Below, in pieces: positions 27,200 through 37,251 of a stretch of DNA of 64,000 nucleotides. The stretch comes from Spirochaetia bacterium. Its GTDB lineage: Bacteria > Spirochaetota > Spirochaetia > CAKZLE01. The DNA lies in assembly GCA_963677595.1 (NCBI GenBank), contig OY782041.1, positions 2,944,001 to 3,008,000 on the forward strand. The letters run 5' to 3'. Every line of letters starts with the position of its first letter. Position 1 is the first letter of the stretch. The notes beneath the pieces are model-generated. The model did not search any database and had not been told where the DNA came from. It saw only the letters and a list, made by a program, of their open reading frames with translations. A program made the translations under genes and the position numbers.

Positions 27200-29881
27200 A
27201 TGAAAGATGTTTCCAGGAAAGAGATGTCCAGGGTCCACAGGGTCTCGATAAACGCGGCTACGAACTACCTGCGTTTCATCGTCACCATGGTCATCACCTT
27301 CTTCCTGATCCCCTTCGTCATCAGGCAGCTCGGGGAGGACCTCTACGGTCTGTGGACGTTGAGCTTCTCTATCATCGGCTTCTTCGCCCTCCTGGACTTC
27401 GGGTTCGGACTGGGTGTGGTCAAATGGACCGGGGAGACGCGTGTCTCCGGGGATATAGAACACAGGAACCACATGCTGAGTACCGTGTTCTTCATCTATC
27501 TCATGATCGCAGCGCTCGCCATGGCCCTGCTCATCGGGTTCTCCTTCTTCTTCCCGCGACTCTTCTCGATCCCTGATGAACTCAGTAAGCCTGCTGTCCT
27601 CGTGCTGATCATCCTCGGTCTCAGGTCCCTGGTGATCCAGTTCCCGCTCTCCCTCTTCAAGGGAGTGCTCTTCGGGGAGCAGCATATACCGCTCATCAAC
27701 ATCATCCAGATGACCGGGACCGTGGTCTATGCAGGCCTCGCATGGTTCTTCCTTACCACAGGCGGCAGCCTGACGAGCCTTGCTGTTGCGAACTGCATAG
27801 GGTTCTTCGTCGAGAACCTCCTTTATACCATCCTCGCCTTCGCGAAGGTGAAGAAGCTGAGGATCTCGCCAAGGCTGGTGCGGAAGAAGTATGCCCTCGA
27901 GGCAGTCTCGTTCAGCGTCTTCTCCTTCATCACCACCATCGCAGGGCTGGTCCTCTTCAACACCGATGCCCTCATCATACAGCTGACCATGAGCCTCTCC
28001 TTCGTGGGTATCTACGGTGTCGCGCTGAAGGTGGCGGAATATGCGCTCATGCTGACCAAGCAGCTGGTCAATGTCTTCACCCCCCTCATCCTCGAATTGA
28101 AGGAGAAGCAGGAGCATGACTCGATCAGGTTCCTGCTGCTTGACGTATCGAAGTATATTCTCACGACCGGGGCGATCCTCACCGGGACCGTCGTGGTGTT
28201 CGGCAGCGACCTGCTGCTGTTCTGGGTCGGGGAGACCTTCCTCTCTGCCTATATCCCGCTCATCCTCCTGGTCACGGCACTGATGATCACGATCCCGGAG
28301 CTCGTTGCTTCCAGTGTGCTCATGCTGACCGGCCACCATGCCTTCACGGCAAAGATAGCGGTCTTCTCCATTGCCGTGAACATCACGGTCAGCCTGCTGC
28401 TGGTCGGTCCGCTCGGCTTGACGGGGATCGCCCTGGGGACCCTCTTCTCCACCCTGGTGAATTCCGGCATTCTGACGCTGAAGAAGGCTGCGGATGCCTA
28501 TGAGTTTCCCTTCCACCGCTATCTGTTCAAGGTCTTCCTTCCGGTACTCATCCCGCTCCCGCTGCTCATGGCGGCAGGCTGGCTGATCAGGCAGGCGACC
28601 GGGGTGCATTCCCTCCTGGACCTCATCCTCAAGGCAATCCCCGGGGTCGTCGTCTATGTCGTTATCTTCTGGGTCTTCTTCGTCGATAAGGGGATCAAGA
28701 GGAAGGTCTACCGAAGGTTGCCGGGAAGGAACGGCAAGAAGGGGGGGGCAGTGACAACGACAGGGTCCTGTGTGTCGGGACATGCTGAGGGCGGCCTCAA
28801 GGCCCAGTTGTGTGCCTGGCCGGTCGATGATGCGTTCCGGGCGGACTGGGACCATTTCCTGAACGACCTGCCGTGCCCCTATCCTTTCAACCGCCTCGAT
28901 TGGATCGAGAATGTAGTCTCCTGCTATCTTGCAGACGAGGGTACCGAGATCCTTCCTTTTCGATTCGTCGATGAACAGGGCCAGACCTGCGCTATGGGGA
29001 TCTACCAGCGGGTATTTGAACAGGCCTTTCCCGGTAACAGGGTAGTGATCAGGACCATCGACAACAATGCCCAGAGGATCGTCCCCCTGGTCTCACCATC
29101 CCCTGAGATGACTGCCATGGCCCTGAAAGCCCTCGTGAAGTGGGGAGGACGTCGGGTGGATTACTTCGATCTCTTCAAACTCGACAACCATGAATCGTAT
29201 CTGCAGACCGTGGACAGCCTGCTCAGACAGCAGAAGGTAGAGGTGAGCCTCACCACGTTCAACACACAGCCGAGGTTCATGCTCGTTGATGACTGGACTA
29301 CCTATCTCTCACGGAGGACCCAGGGGCATCGCAAGCGGATCCGCAGGTATACGAGGAAACTCCAGGAGGCGTATGATGACTACCAGTATATACGACTTCG
29401 CAGCGCTGCAGAGTTCGAGGCTTACGGGATCGACCATGCGTTCTCCGAGATCGCTGATATCTATTTCCTGAACTGGGATATCAATTCGCTGGCGGAGGGT
29501 GAGCAGGAGCGCCTGAGAGCCCTGTGCGGGTTCTACGAGCGCATCTTCCGTACCTGGATACCGGCTGGTCTGTGTGACCTCAACCTCCTGAAGGCGAATG
29601 GGGACCTGATCGCGTTCGACCTGAATATAGCGGAGAGGGGCAGTGTATTCATGATGGTCGGGACCTACCATCCTGATTATGCCTCACGTTCTCCTGGGAA
29701 CGCCATCTTCTGTGAAGAGGTGCAGGACAGTTTTTCCCGAAGTGAGCATGTTCTGGAGATGGGCGGGGAGTTCCTGGAGTACAAGAGGCTGTGGGCTAAA
29801 GAGAGTGTTGACAGTTATCATCTGCGTTTGTATGGGGGAACGCTGCGCTCACGCATCAAGAGGATGCTCAAGCGCGGTTGA
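27200..29881 (+). CDS. Wzx flippase fused in frame to a CelD/BcsL-like GNAT domain
   Basis: About 500 aa of multi-TM flippase (LDFGFG), then a soluble GNAT-like domain (SPGNAI, EMGGE..EYKRLW); the junction is at the G8 run 28741-28748. Confidence 0.8.
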   Translation: MKDVSRKEMSRVHRVSINAATNYLRFIVTMVITFFLIPFVIRQLGEDLYGLWTLSFSIIGFFALLDFGFGLGVVKWTGETRVSGDIEHRNHMLSTVFFIYLMIAALAMALLIGFSFFFPRLFSIPDELSKPAVLVLIILGLRSLVIQFPLSLFKGVLFGEQHIPLINIIQMTGTVVYAGLAWFFLTTGGSLTSLAVANCIGFFVENLLYTILAFAKVKKLRISPRLVRKKYALEAVSFSVFSFITTIAGLVLFNTDALIIQLTMSLSFVGIYGVALKVAEYALMLTKQLVNVFTPLILELKEKQEHDSIRFLLLDVSKYILTTGAILTGTVVVFGSDLLLFWVGETFLSAYIPLILLVTALMITIPELVASSVLMLTGHHAFTAKIAVFSIAVNITVSLLLVGPLGLTGIALGTLFSTLVNSGILTLKKAADAYEFPFHRYLFKVFLPVLIPLPLLMAAGWLIRQATGVHSLLDLILKAIPGVVVYVVIFWVFFVDKGIKRKVYRRLPGRNGKKGGAVTTTGSCVSGHAEGGLKAQLCAWPVDDAFRADWDHFLNDLPCPYPFNRLDWIENVVSCYLADEGTEILPFRFVDEQGQTCAMGIYQRVFEQAFPGNRVVIRTIDNNAQRIVPLVSPSPEMTAMALKALVKWGGRRVDYFDLFKLDNHESYLQTVDSLLRQQKVEVSLTTFNTQPRFMLVDDWTTYLSRRTQGHRKRIRRYTRKLQEAYDDYQYIRLRSAAEFEAYGIDHAFSEIADIYFLNWDINSLAEGEQERLRALCGFYERIFRTWIPAGLCDLNLLKANGDLIAFDLNIAERGSVFMMVGTYHPDYASRSPGNAIFCEEVQDSFSRSEHVLEMGGEFLEYKRLWAKESVDSYHLRLYGGTLRSRIKRMLKRG

Positions 29882-29888
29882 TCCACAG

Positions 29889-30908
29889 TCAGTGCACGAT
29901 GATCGGAGGCGCGGTCGACTCCCTGATCATGAACTCACATTTCAATGCACTCAGGTTCCCGAGGTTCGGCTTGCTCTGCTCGAGGTGCTCGCACAGCTTC
30001 CAGACCAGGGTCTGCCCGATCTTCCTCGTCGGCAGTGCGACCGTCGAGAGCGGGGGATTGGTATAGGCTGCGTAGTCGATGTCATTGAAGCCGATCAGGG
30101 AGAGGTCTTGGGGGATTCTCAGGCCCCTGCGGTTCGCCTCATGGAGTACCCCGATGGCGATCAGATCATCGAACGCCAGGATAGCCGTGGGCCGTTCTGC
30201 TTCCGGCCGATCCAGTAATCGCCGTGCCGCCTGGACTGCCTCCGAGATGTTGGGGAAGCACCAGGTATAGAGGTCCTCCGGGAGTGTCCTTCCATGGCTG
30301 CGGAGCTCGTCCCTGACGCTCGTGAGCTTGAGTTGTTCGGAGATCCATTCCGGAAGGCCCGAGATGCAGGCTATACGCTCATGGCTGAGGTTGAGGAGGT
30401 GCCTCACTGCCTGGGAGGTCCCGGACTCGTAGTCGATCAGGATGCAGGGCAGTTCGGGGACCTCAACCATCCGAGAGATGATGACCGGGATCTTCGACCT
30501 GCGGTTGAACTCGACGATCTCCTCCGGCGGCAGCTTGGTCCCGACGATGATCAGCCCGTCCAGTCCCCATTTCCTCGTCTTCTGGAGGTTCTCACGCTGC
30601 AGGCTGAGTTCCTGGGTAGCGGTGAAGACCGCGAGGATCATCCCCCTCCTTGCCGCTTCCTCCTGTGCCGCATTGGCGACCTCGGTCATGAAGGGGTTGT
30701 AGATGTCGGGAAGCAGGAGCCCGATCTTCAGAAGGGCTGGGGCAGCCTTGGTCTGGGACCGGGTATATCCCAGCTCGTCGATCGCCTGCTCGATCCGCTC
30801 CCTGACTTCCCGTTTCACCGGGGCGGTGTTATTGATGACCCGTGATACTGTTGCGCTCGATACACCGCAATGTCTCGCGATGTCTCCCAGTTTTATCTTC
30901 TTTGCCAA
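29889..30908 (-). CDS. LacI-family transcriptional regulator
   Basis: IARHCGVSSATVSRVIN HTH; DLSLIGFND and PPLSTV motifs. Confidence 0.95.
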   Translation of the reverse strand: MAKKIKLGDIARHCGVSSATVSRVINNTAPVKREVRERIEQAIDELGYTRSQTKAAPALLKIGLLLPDIYNPFMTEVANAAQEEAARRGMILAVFTATQELSLQRENLQKTRKWGLDGLIIVGTKLPPEEIVEFNRRSKIPVIISRMVEVPELPCILIDYESGTSQAVRHLLNLSHERIACISGLPEWISEQLKLTSVRDELRSHGRTLPEDLYTWCFPNISEAVQAARRLLDRPEAERPTAILAFDDLIAIGVLHEANRRGLRIPQDLSLIGFNDIDYAAYTNPPLSTVALPTRKIGQTLVWKLCEHLEQSKPNLGNLSALKCEFMIRESTAPPIIVH

Positions 30909-30996
30909 TTTCCTGATACCTCATAATCACACTGACTGTCAGGGAAGGGTATTCCCCTTGCCATGCTATGGTTATAGTATAAGATGATTGTTCAAT

Positions 30997-31057
30997 AATG
31001 TAAATATTTAAAAGTTTTCATGAAAGAAAAAAATATTTACAGTGAAATATTTACATT
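30997..31057. promoter_or_regulatory. Probable LacI operator array (TGTAAATATTT / AAATATTTACA)
   Basis: Three related AAATATTT-cored sites at 30997-31009, 31031-31041 and 31044-31057 in the divergent intergenic region. Confidence 0.6.
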
Positions 31058-31139
31058 TGCAGGATGGCGTTCTATAATCAGGGTAATTCCAAAACGGTGC
31101 CGCCTCATAAGGCGGGCACGAGTACAGGAGAGTATACAC

Positions 31140-32198
31140 ATGAACATGATGAAGAGATTGACAGGCCTGCTGGTCGTCCTATTGATGGCACTGGCATTCA
31201 CGAGCTGCAGCAAGCCGCCGGAGACCACTACACCGGCGGCCTCGAATGAGGTGTCGTCTGCTGCCGAGGAGACTACCCCGAAGATGAAGGTCGCCCTGCT
31301 GCTGGGTTCGACCATCGATGATGAGGGCTGGTCCCAGACCTCATACGAGGGGTTCAAGAAGGCCGAGGCTGACTTCGGGTTCGCCGGTGCCTATACCGAG
31401 AGCATCGCCCTTCCAGACCAGGAAGCGGTCGTACGCAACTATGCATCAAGCGGCTATGAGGTCATCGTCCTCTCCTCCGCTGATTTCACCGATGTGGGCG
31501 TGAACATGGCTGAGGTCTACCCGGATGTCAAGTTCATCCTGATCAACGGCAACGCGGCCAAGGAGCCGAACCTCGCCAACTACCGACCGCTGACGGTCGA
31601 ATGCGGGTTCATCGCAGGTGCGTTCTCAGCACTCGTCACGACGAACAACGCAGTCGGGATCATCAACGGTCAGAAGTTCCCGCCGGTCGAGGATGCGGCA
31701 AAGGGGTTCGAGGCTGGGGCGAAGTACATCAATCCTTCGATCGATGTGCGTGTTGCCTATACCGACAGCTGGACCGACGTCCAGAAGGCGAACGAGGCCG
31801 CGCTCGGCATGATCGAGGCGGGGGTAGACGTCTTCTCCTCCAACTGCAGCAACGGGGTCGCAGGCGTACTTGATGCCGCGATCAAGAACGATGCCCTGGT
31901 TACCGGCTATATCGGGGACCAGTACGGCATGGCTCCGGGGACCGTCCCCTTCTCAGCCATCCAGGATATCGGGATGGTCGTCTATTCGGGTATCAGGGAT
32001 GTCATCAACGGTGAGTTCGAGGCGAAGCTCATCCCGGTAGGGGTGCAGGCTGGAGTCATCAGGCTGTCGGACTTCTACACGATCGGTGACGAGCCGGTAT
32101 CACAGGAGATCCAGGACAAGATGGCTGAGGTCTATGACGGGATCCTCGATGGGTCACTGAAGACTTCCGGGGTCGTACCCAAGTCAGTGTTCGAGTAG
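31140..32198 (+). CDS. BMP-family (nucleoside-type) ABC substrate-binding lipoprotein
   Basis: Lipobox FTSC; IDDEGWSQTSYEG, GFEAGAKYINP and DQY motifs. Confidence 0.9.
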   Translation: MNMMKRLTGLLVVLLMALAFTSCSKPPETTTPAASNEVSSAAEETTPKMKVALLLGSTIDDEGWSQTSYEGFKKAEADFGFAGAYTESIALPDQEAVVRNYASSGYEVIVLSSADFTDVGVNMAEVYPDVKFILINGNAAKEPNLANYRPLTVECGFIAGAFSALVTTNNAVGIINGQKFPPVEDAAKGFEAGAKYINPSIDVRVAYTDSWTDVQKANEAALGMIEAGVDVFSSNCSNGVAGVLDAAIKNDALVTGYIGDQYGMAPGTVPFSAIQDIGMVVYSGIRDVINGEFEAKLIPVGVQAGVIRLSDFYTIGDEPVSQEIQDKMAEVYDGILDGSLKTSGVVPKSVFE

Positions 32199-32209
32199 CC
32201 ACACCAAGA

Positions 32210-32239
32210 ATCATAGCCTGGGGAAACCCAGGCTATGAT
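32210..32239 (+). terminator. 13-bp perfect hairpin with GAAA loop after the binding-protein gene (mRNA stabiliser or attenuator)
   Basis: ATCATAGCCTGGG-GAAA-CCCAGGCTATGAT; no U-tract. Confidence 0.65.
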
Positions 32240-32259
32240 GGTGATGAGGAGTAAAACGT

Positions 32260-33828
32260 ATGAACCGGACAACGCTCAACGGAACAGGTGATGTAGTGCT
32301 GGAATGTGTCGGCGTCACGAAACGGTTCCCAGGGGTCATAGCGAACAATCGCGTCGATTTCTCCCTGCGAAGGGGGGAAATCCATGCACTCCTCGGTGAG
32401 AACGGGGCTGGCAAGTCGACCCTGATGAACTGCGTCTATGGTCTCTATGCCCCGGATGAGGGATCGATCAGGAAAGACGGGAGAGAGCTCCGGCTCAAGT
32501 CCCCGGCTGATGCGATCCATGAACACATCGGGATGATCCACCAGCACTTCATGCTCGTGCCTACCCTGAGCGTGGTCGAGAACGTCGCCCTCTGCCTGGG
32601 GGGAGGCAACCCCCTGAAGCTGAACCTGCGCAGTGTCGAGAAGAAGATCCGCGGACTTTCGGTGCAGTACGGGCTGGATATAGACCCGAGGGCGAAGGTC
32701 TCAGACCTGTCGGTCGGGGAGCAGCAGCGGGTAGAGATCCTCAAGGTCCTCTACCGCGATGCCGAGATCCTCATCATGGATGAGCCGACAGCGGTCCTGA
32801 CCCCTGCTGAGGTAGATGGCCTCTTCTCAGTCCTGAGGGACCTCACGAAGCACGGAAACTCGGTGATCTTCATCTCACATAAGCTCTGGGAGGTCATGGA
32901 GATTACGGACCGGGTCACGATCCTGCGTGACGGTGAGAAGGTCGACACGGTCTCCTCCTCCGGCATGACCAAGGAGAAGCTAGCCGAGATGATGGTAGGC
33001 CGGGAGGTCTTCCTCCAATACGACCATCCACCAGTCGAGAAGGGCAGGACCATCCTCGAGGTGAAGGATGTTACCTTGAGTACTGCACAGGGGGTGAAAG
33101 TGCTTGATGCGATGAACCTCCAGGTGGCAGCCGGTGAGATCGTCGGGATCGCCGGGGTCGACGGGAACGGCCAGAAGGAGCTCGCCGGCGTGATCCATGG
33201 GCTCTATACCCCTGACTCCGGGCAGATCTTCTTCGACGGGAAGGATGTCACCGAGATGCCGGTGAAGGGAAGGCTTGCCCTCGGGCTCGGGCACATCCCC
33301 GAGGATCGATTGTCGACCGGGGTGGTCCCGGCCTTCAGCGTCGCGGAGAACATGGTGCTCATCGAGTTCGACGGGCCGCCGTTCACCCGCAAAGGGTTCT
33401 ATGACCACAAGGCTGTGGACGAGCGAGCGAAGACCCTGACCAAAGCCTATGATATTCGCCTCTCATCGGTCAGCAGCCCGATCGCCGACCTCTCCGGGGG
33501 AAACCAGCAGAAGGTCGTGCTTGCGCGTGAGATCACGAGAAGTCCCAAACTCCTGATCGCCGCACAGCCGACGAGGGGCCTCGATATCGGGGCGACGGAG
33601 TTCACCCAGAGGACGCTCATCGAGGAGCGGACGAAGGGGAGCGCCGTGCTGCTGATCTCGACCGACCTCGATGAGGTACTGGCAGTCTCCGACCGGGTCC
33701 TGGTCATCTATGAGGGGTCGGTCATCGGGGAGGTGACTCCCGGGAAGCACAGCATCACCGAGATCGGCATGATGATGGCCGGTATGAAGCAGGAAGGTGT
33801 ACATACGGATACGGGGGATCAGCTATGA
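32260..33828 (+). CDS. ABC transporter ATP-binding protein (two-domain nucleoside/sugar type)
   Basis: GENGAGKST, DEPT, LSGGNQQK and QPTRGLDIGA motifs. Confidence 0.95.
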   Translation: MNRTTLNGTGDVVLECVGVTKRFPGVIANNRVDFSLRRGEIHALLGENGAGKSTLMNCVYGLYAPDEGSIRKDGRELRLKSPADAIHEHIGMIHQHFMLVPTLSVVENVALCLGGGNPLKLNLRSVEKKIRGLSVQYGLDIDPRAKVSDLSVGEQQRVEILKVLYRDAEILIMDEPTAVLTPAEVDGLFSVLRDLTKHGNSVIFISHKLWEVMEITDRVTILRDGEKVDTVSSSGMTKEKLAEMMVGREVFLQYDHPPVEKGRTILEVKDVTLSTAQGVKVLDAMNLQVAAGEIVGIAGVDGNGQKELAGVIHGLYTPDSGQIFFDGKDVTEMPVKGRLALGLGHIPEDRLSTGVVPAFSVAENMVLIEFDGPPFTRKGFYDHKAVDERAKTLTKAYDIRLSSVSSPIADLSGGNQQKVVLAREITRSPKLLIAAQPTRGLDIGATEFTQRTLIEERTKGSAVLLISTDLDEVLAVSDRVLVIYEGSVIGEVTPGKHSITEIGMMMAGMKQEGVHTDTGDQL

Positions 33829-34937
33829 CGGGAAAGAGACTCATTACTATGGATTCCGATATGTTCACCCGGCTGGCGCTGAACCTGATGACCCCATTGA
33901 TCGCCATCGCGGGATCGATCATCGTGGGGGGCTTCGTCATCTTCTTAGCCGGCGTCAACCCGATACTCGCCTACCACCATCTTCTCTACGGGGCCTTCGG
34001 TACGGTGAACAACTTCTCCGAGACACTGGTGAAGACGACCCCGATCCTCATCGCGGGTATCGGCCTGAGCATCTCCTTCAGGAGCAGCCTGACGAACATC
34101 GGGGCAGAGGGCCAGATGATCGCCGGTGCGATCGTCTCGACGGTCGCGGCATTCATGGTCCCTGCGGGGAACCCGGTCATCGCCGTCGGGATCGTGATCA
34201 TCGCCGGCTTCATCGGCGGGGCCCTCTACGGCGCGCTGCCGGGATACCTGAAGGCGAGGTTCGGGACCTCGGAGATCATCAGCACCATCATGCTGAACTA
34301 TATCGCGATCAGTATGCTCGCATTCCTCCTTGATGGACCGATGAAGGAGGAGGGGGGCTTCTTCCCCCAGACCGCACTGGTCCCAGCGGCTGCACAGCTG
34401 CCGAGACTCATCGAGGGGGCACGGCTCCATATGGGGATCCTCATAGCCCTCGTGCTTGTCGGTCTCTACTACCTCCTGCTCTTCCGACTCCCGCTGGGAT
34501 TCCGGATCAGGACAGTGGGGCTCAATCCCCATGCGGCCCGTTATGCCGGGATCAATGTGAAGCGTCATATCATGATCGCCATGGCCCTCTCAGGCGGGCT
34601 TGCGGGGATAGCCGGTACCAGCGAGATCTTCGGGATCCATCACCGGCTCTATAACGGGTTCTCCGCCGGCTACGGGTTCGATGCGGTGGCGATCGCCCTG
34701 CTCGGGCGACTGCATCCGGTCGGGGTGGTCCTCGCGGCGATCTTCTTCGGTGCGCTCCGTGTAGGGGCGAACGCGATGCAGAATGCCGTACAGGTACCGG
34801 TACCCGTGGTCTATGTCATCCAGGGGGTGTCGGTCCTCTTCATCCTGACCGACACGCTGATGAAGGACACGATCACGGGGTTCATCAAGAGACGGAAGAC
34901 CCTGCACGCGCAGGTCGAGGGAGGGCAGCTATCATGA
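33825..34937 (+). CDS. Nucleoside-type ABC permease
   Basis: NIGAEGQ, EIISTIMLN and GYGFDAVAIALLG motifs. Confidence 0.92.
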   Translation: MTGKRLITMDSDMFTRLALNLMTPLIAIAGSIIVGGFVIFLAGVNPILAYHHLLYGAFGTVNNFSETLVKTTPILIAGIGLSISFRSSLTNIGAEGQMIAGAIVSTVAAFMVPAGNPVIAVGIVIIAGFIGGALYGALPGYLKARFGTSEIISTIMLNYIAISMLAFLLDGPMKEEGGFFPQTALVPAAAQLPRLIEGARLHMGILIALVLVGLYYLLLFRLPLGFRIRTVGLNPHAARYAGINVKRHIMIAMALSGGLAGIAGTSEIFGIHHRLYNGFSAGYGFDAVAIALLGRLHPVGVVLAAIFFGALRVGANAMQNAVQVPVPVVYVIQGVSVLFILTDTLMKDTITGFIKRRKTLHAQVEGGQLS

Positions 34938-35866
34938 ACATCCTTGCAGGACTCTCAGTAGAGGGGATACTCTCGGCGATGCTGCGGATGGCAGCGCCAC
35001 TGCTCCTGGCCTGTCTCGGGGGGCTCTTCACGGCCCGGGCCGGCATCATCAACCTTGCCCTCGAGGGTGTGATGCTCGCAGGGGCGTTCACCGGGTTCGT
35101 GGGTGCATACATCAGCGGAAGTCTCTTCGTCGGCGTCATCACCGCGATGGCAGGCGGGGTCGCGATGTCGATGATCCTCGGCGTCCTCTCGATCCACGGG
35201 AGGGCAAACCAGACCGTCGCGGGGGTCGGGATCAATATTGCATCGTTAGGTATCACCAGCTACCTCTTCAAGGTCTTCTTCTCCGGGAAGGGCCTCATGA
35301 AGGCTCCCTCATTCAGTCCCATACCGATACCGCTCCTCTCTAGGATCCCGGTGGTCGGCAAGGCCTTCTTCGACCAGGGACTGCTGGTATACCTCGCATT
35401 CGCCCTGGTGCCGGTCGTCTGGTACGTCCTCTACCGGACCCCCTACGGCCTGACGATCCGTGCGACGGGAGAGCACCCCAAGGCGGTCGATACGCTCGGC
35501 GGGAACGTCTACCGGGTTCGCTATGTGAGCATCATCGCGCTCGGCATGCTCGCCGGTCTCGGCGGTGCCTGTCTGACCATCGGGCAGACGGGGACTTTCG
35601 CCGAGAACATCACGGCCGGAAAAGGGTATATCGCGCTGGCAGCCCTGATCTTCGGACGGTTCACCCCGATAGGCTCCCTTGCCTCGGCGCTCATCTTCGG
35701 GTTCTTCGAGGGGATCCAGCTGAGGCTGCAGACTGCAGGGGTAGCTATCCCCCACCAGTTCCTCACCATGCTCCCGTACCTCATGACCCTGCTTGCCCTC
35801 ACGGTCTTCGTCAAGAGGTCCCAGGCTCCGGCAGCGATGGGGAAACCCTACAACAGGCAGGATTGA
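34934..35866 (+). CDS. Nucleoside-type ABC permease
   Basis: GIINLALEG, GEHPKA and GKGYIALAALIFG motifs. Confidence 0.92.
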   Translation: MNILAGLSVEGILSAMLRMAAPLLLACLGGLFTARAGIINLALEGVMLAGAFTGFVGAYISGSLFVGVITAMAGGVAMSMILGVLSIHGRANQTVAGVGINIASLGITSYLFKVFFSGKGLMKAPSFSPIPIPLLSRIPVVGKAFFDQGLLVYLAFALVPVVWYVLYRTPYGLTIRATGEHPKAVDTLGGNVYRVRYVSIIALGMLAGLGGACLTIGQTGTFAENITAGKGYIALAALIFGRFTPIGSLASALIFGFFEGIQLRLQTAGVAIPHQFLTMLPYLMTLLALTVFVKRSQAPAAMGKPYNRQD

Positions 35867-35869
35867 CCT

Positions 35870-37225
35870 ATGAGTGAAACGAAGAAGATTCCCTGCGACA
35901 TCCTGATCCATGATGCTTCCGTGCTGTACCCTGACCTCACGATCACAGAAGGGCGATCGATCGCCGTGGCAGGCGGTACGATCATCGAGATCGGGAAGGC
36001 AGACGTCCTCCGGGAGCGCTACGCCCCGATGACCCTGCTCGATGGGGCCGGGCGGCTTGCCATGCCGAGCTTCGTCGACGGGCATACCCATATCTCGCAG
36101 CAGCTGCTGCGGGGGATGCTCACTGATGAGTATCCGGTCCTCTACCTCCGGTTCAACCTGCCCTATGAGAACAGGCTGACTGCCGATGACATGCGCATCT
36201 GCACGGAGCTGAGCTGCCTCGAGATGATCAAGTCAGGCATCACCTCCTTTGCCGATGCCGGTGCCGACTACCTCGAGCAGACGGCTTCCATCATCGATGA
36301 GGCTGGACTGCGGGCTGTCCTGACACGGCCATCCTCCGATACCGGTGCACATCTCCCGAAGGGGCGTACTGACTCGATCGACACGATCCTCGCCGAGAGC
36401 GAAGCGCTCTATCGTGCGATCGACGGCATGGGGGAGGGACGGATCCGTTTCTGGTTCCAGTTCCGCTCGATCGCGAGCTGCTCGGATGCGCTCATCAGGG
36501 CGATCGTGGAGAAAGCTTCTGAGCATGGTACCGGGCTGCATGCCCATATCAGCGAGTACCCGGAGACGAACCTGAACAGCCTGAGGAAGCACGGGATGCG
36601 GGAGTTGGCATACCTCGAGAAACTCGGGGCCCTCGGTCCCAACTTCCTCGCGGCCCACTGCATCCAGCTCTCGAATGATGATATACGCATCCTCAAGGAG
36701 CATGAGGTGAAGGTCGTCCATTGCCCGAGGAGCAACCTCGGGAAGGCGGTGACCAAGACTCCCCAGTTGCTTGGCGAGGGGATCTCCGTCGGCTTCGGCA
36801 CGGACGGGACGGCGCATTCAGGCTTGAGCATGTTCCGGGAGATGACGGCGTTCAGGCACTCGCAGGTCGTCCACTGGGGAGTCCCCTACTGTGATTACGA
36901 CGTGATGAACACGAGTATGCTCCTTGATATAGCGACCATGGGCGGGGCACGAGCCCTGCAGCAGGAGAAGCGGATCGGGTCGCTCGAGGTCGGGAAGCAG
37001 GCTGACATCATCCTCATCGACATCGACCAGCCCCATATCCTCCCGACGCACAACCTGCTCAATACGCTGACCGAGTCGGTTGAGACCGGTGACATCAGGG
37101 ATGTCATCATCGACGGGAAGCTCGTCATGCGGGAGAGGGAGGTCCTGACCCTTGATGAGGGGAGGATCCTCACTGAAGGGAAGCAGAGGATCCGGAAGAT
37201 AGCGAAGAACAACGACTGGACTTGA
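35870..37225 (+). CDS. Amidohydrolase-superfamily deaminase (SsnA/MtaD/AtzA-like)
   Basis: DGHTHISQ, HAHISE, AHC, GTDG and GSLEVGKQADI motifs. Confidence 0.9.
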   Translation: MSETKKIPCDILIHDASVLYPDLTITEGRSIAVAGGTIIEIGKADVLRERYAPMTLLDGAGRLAMPSFVDGHTHISQQLLRGMLTDEYPVLYLRFNLPYENRLTADDMRICTELSCLEMIKSGITSFADAGADYLEQTASIIDEAGLRAVLTRPSSDTGAHLPKGRTDSIDTILAESEALYRAIDGMGEGRIRFWFQFRSIASCSDALIRAIVEKASEHGTGLHAHISEYPETNLNSLRKHGMRELAYLEKLGALGPNFLAAHCIQLSNDDIRILKEHEVKVVHCPRSNLGKAVTKTPQLLGEGISVGFGTDGTAHSGLSMFREMTAFRHSQVVHWGVPYCDYDVMNTSMLLDIATMGGARALQQEKRIGSLEVGKQADIILIDIDQPHILPTHNLLNTLTESVETGDIRDVIIDGKLVMREREVLTLDEGRILTEGKQRIRKIAKNNDWT

Positions 37226-37251
37226 ACAGGCCACTCATGCAGGAGAGATAT

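Noticed and set aside
26843-28855. Long antisense ORFs (also 42390-43505, 47398-48480, 51401-53050, 57917-58933)
   Set aside because: Shadow frames of GC-rich genes that have clear family motifs on the opposite strand; they have no motifs of their own.
31020-31139. N-terminal extensions in the ORF track (also starts at 54, 7978, 11314, 27201, 42351, 55463, 58957)
   Set aside because: Downstream starts have clear RBSs, signal peptides or stop/start overlaps, whereas the extensions run through promoters or neighbouring genes.
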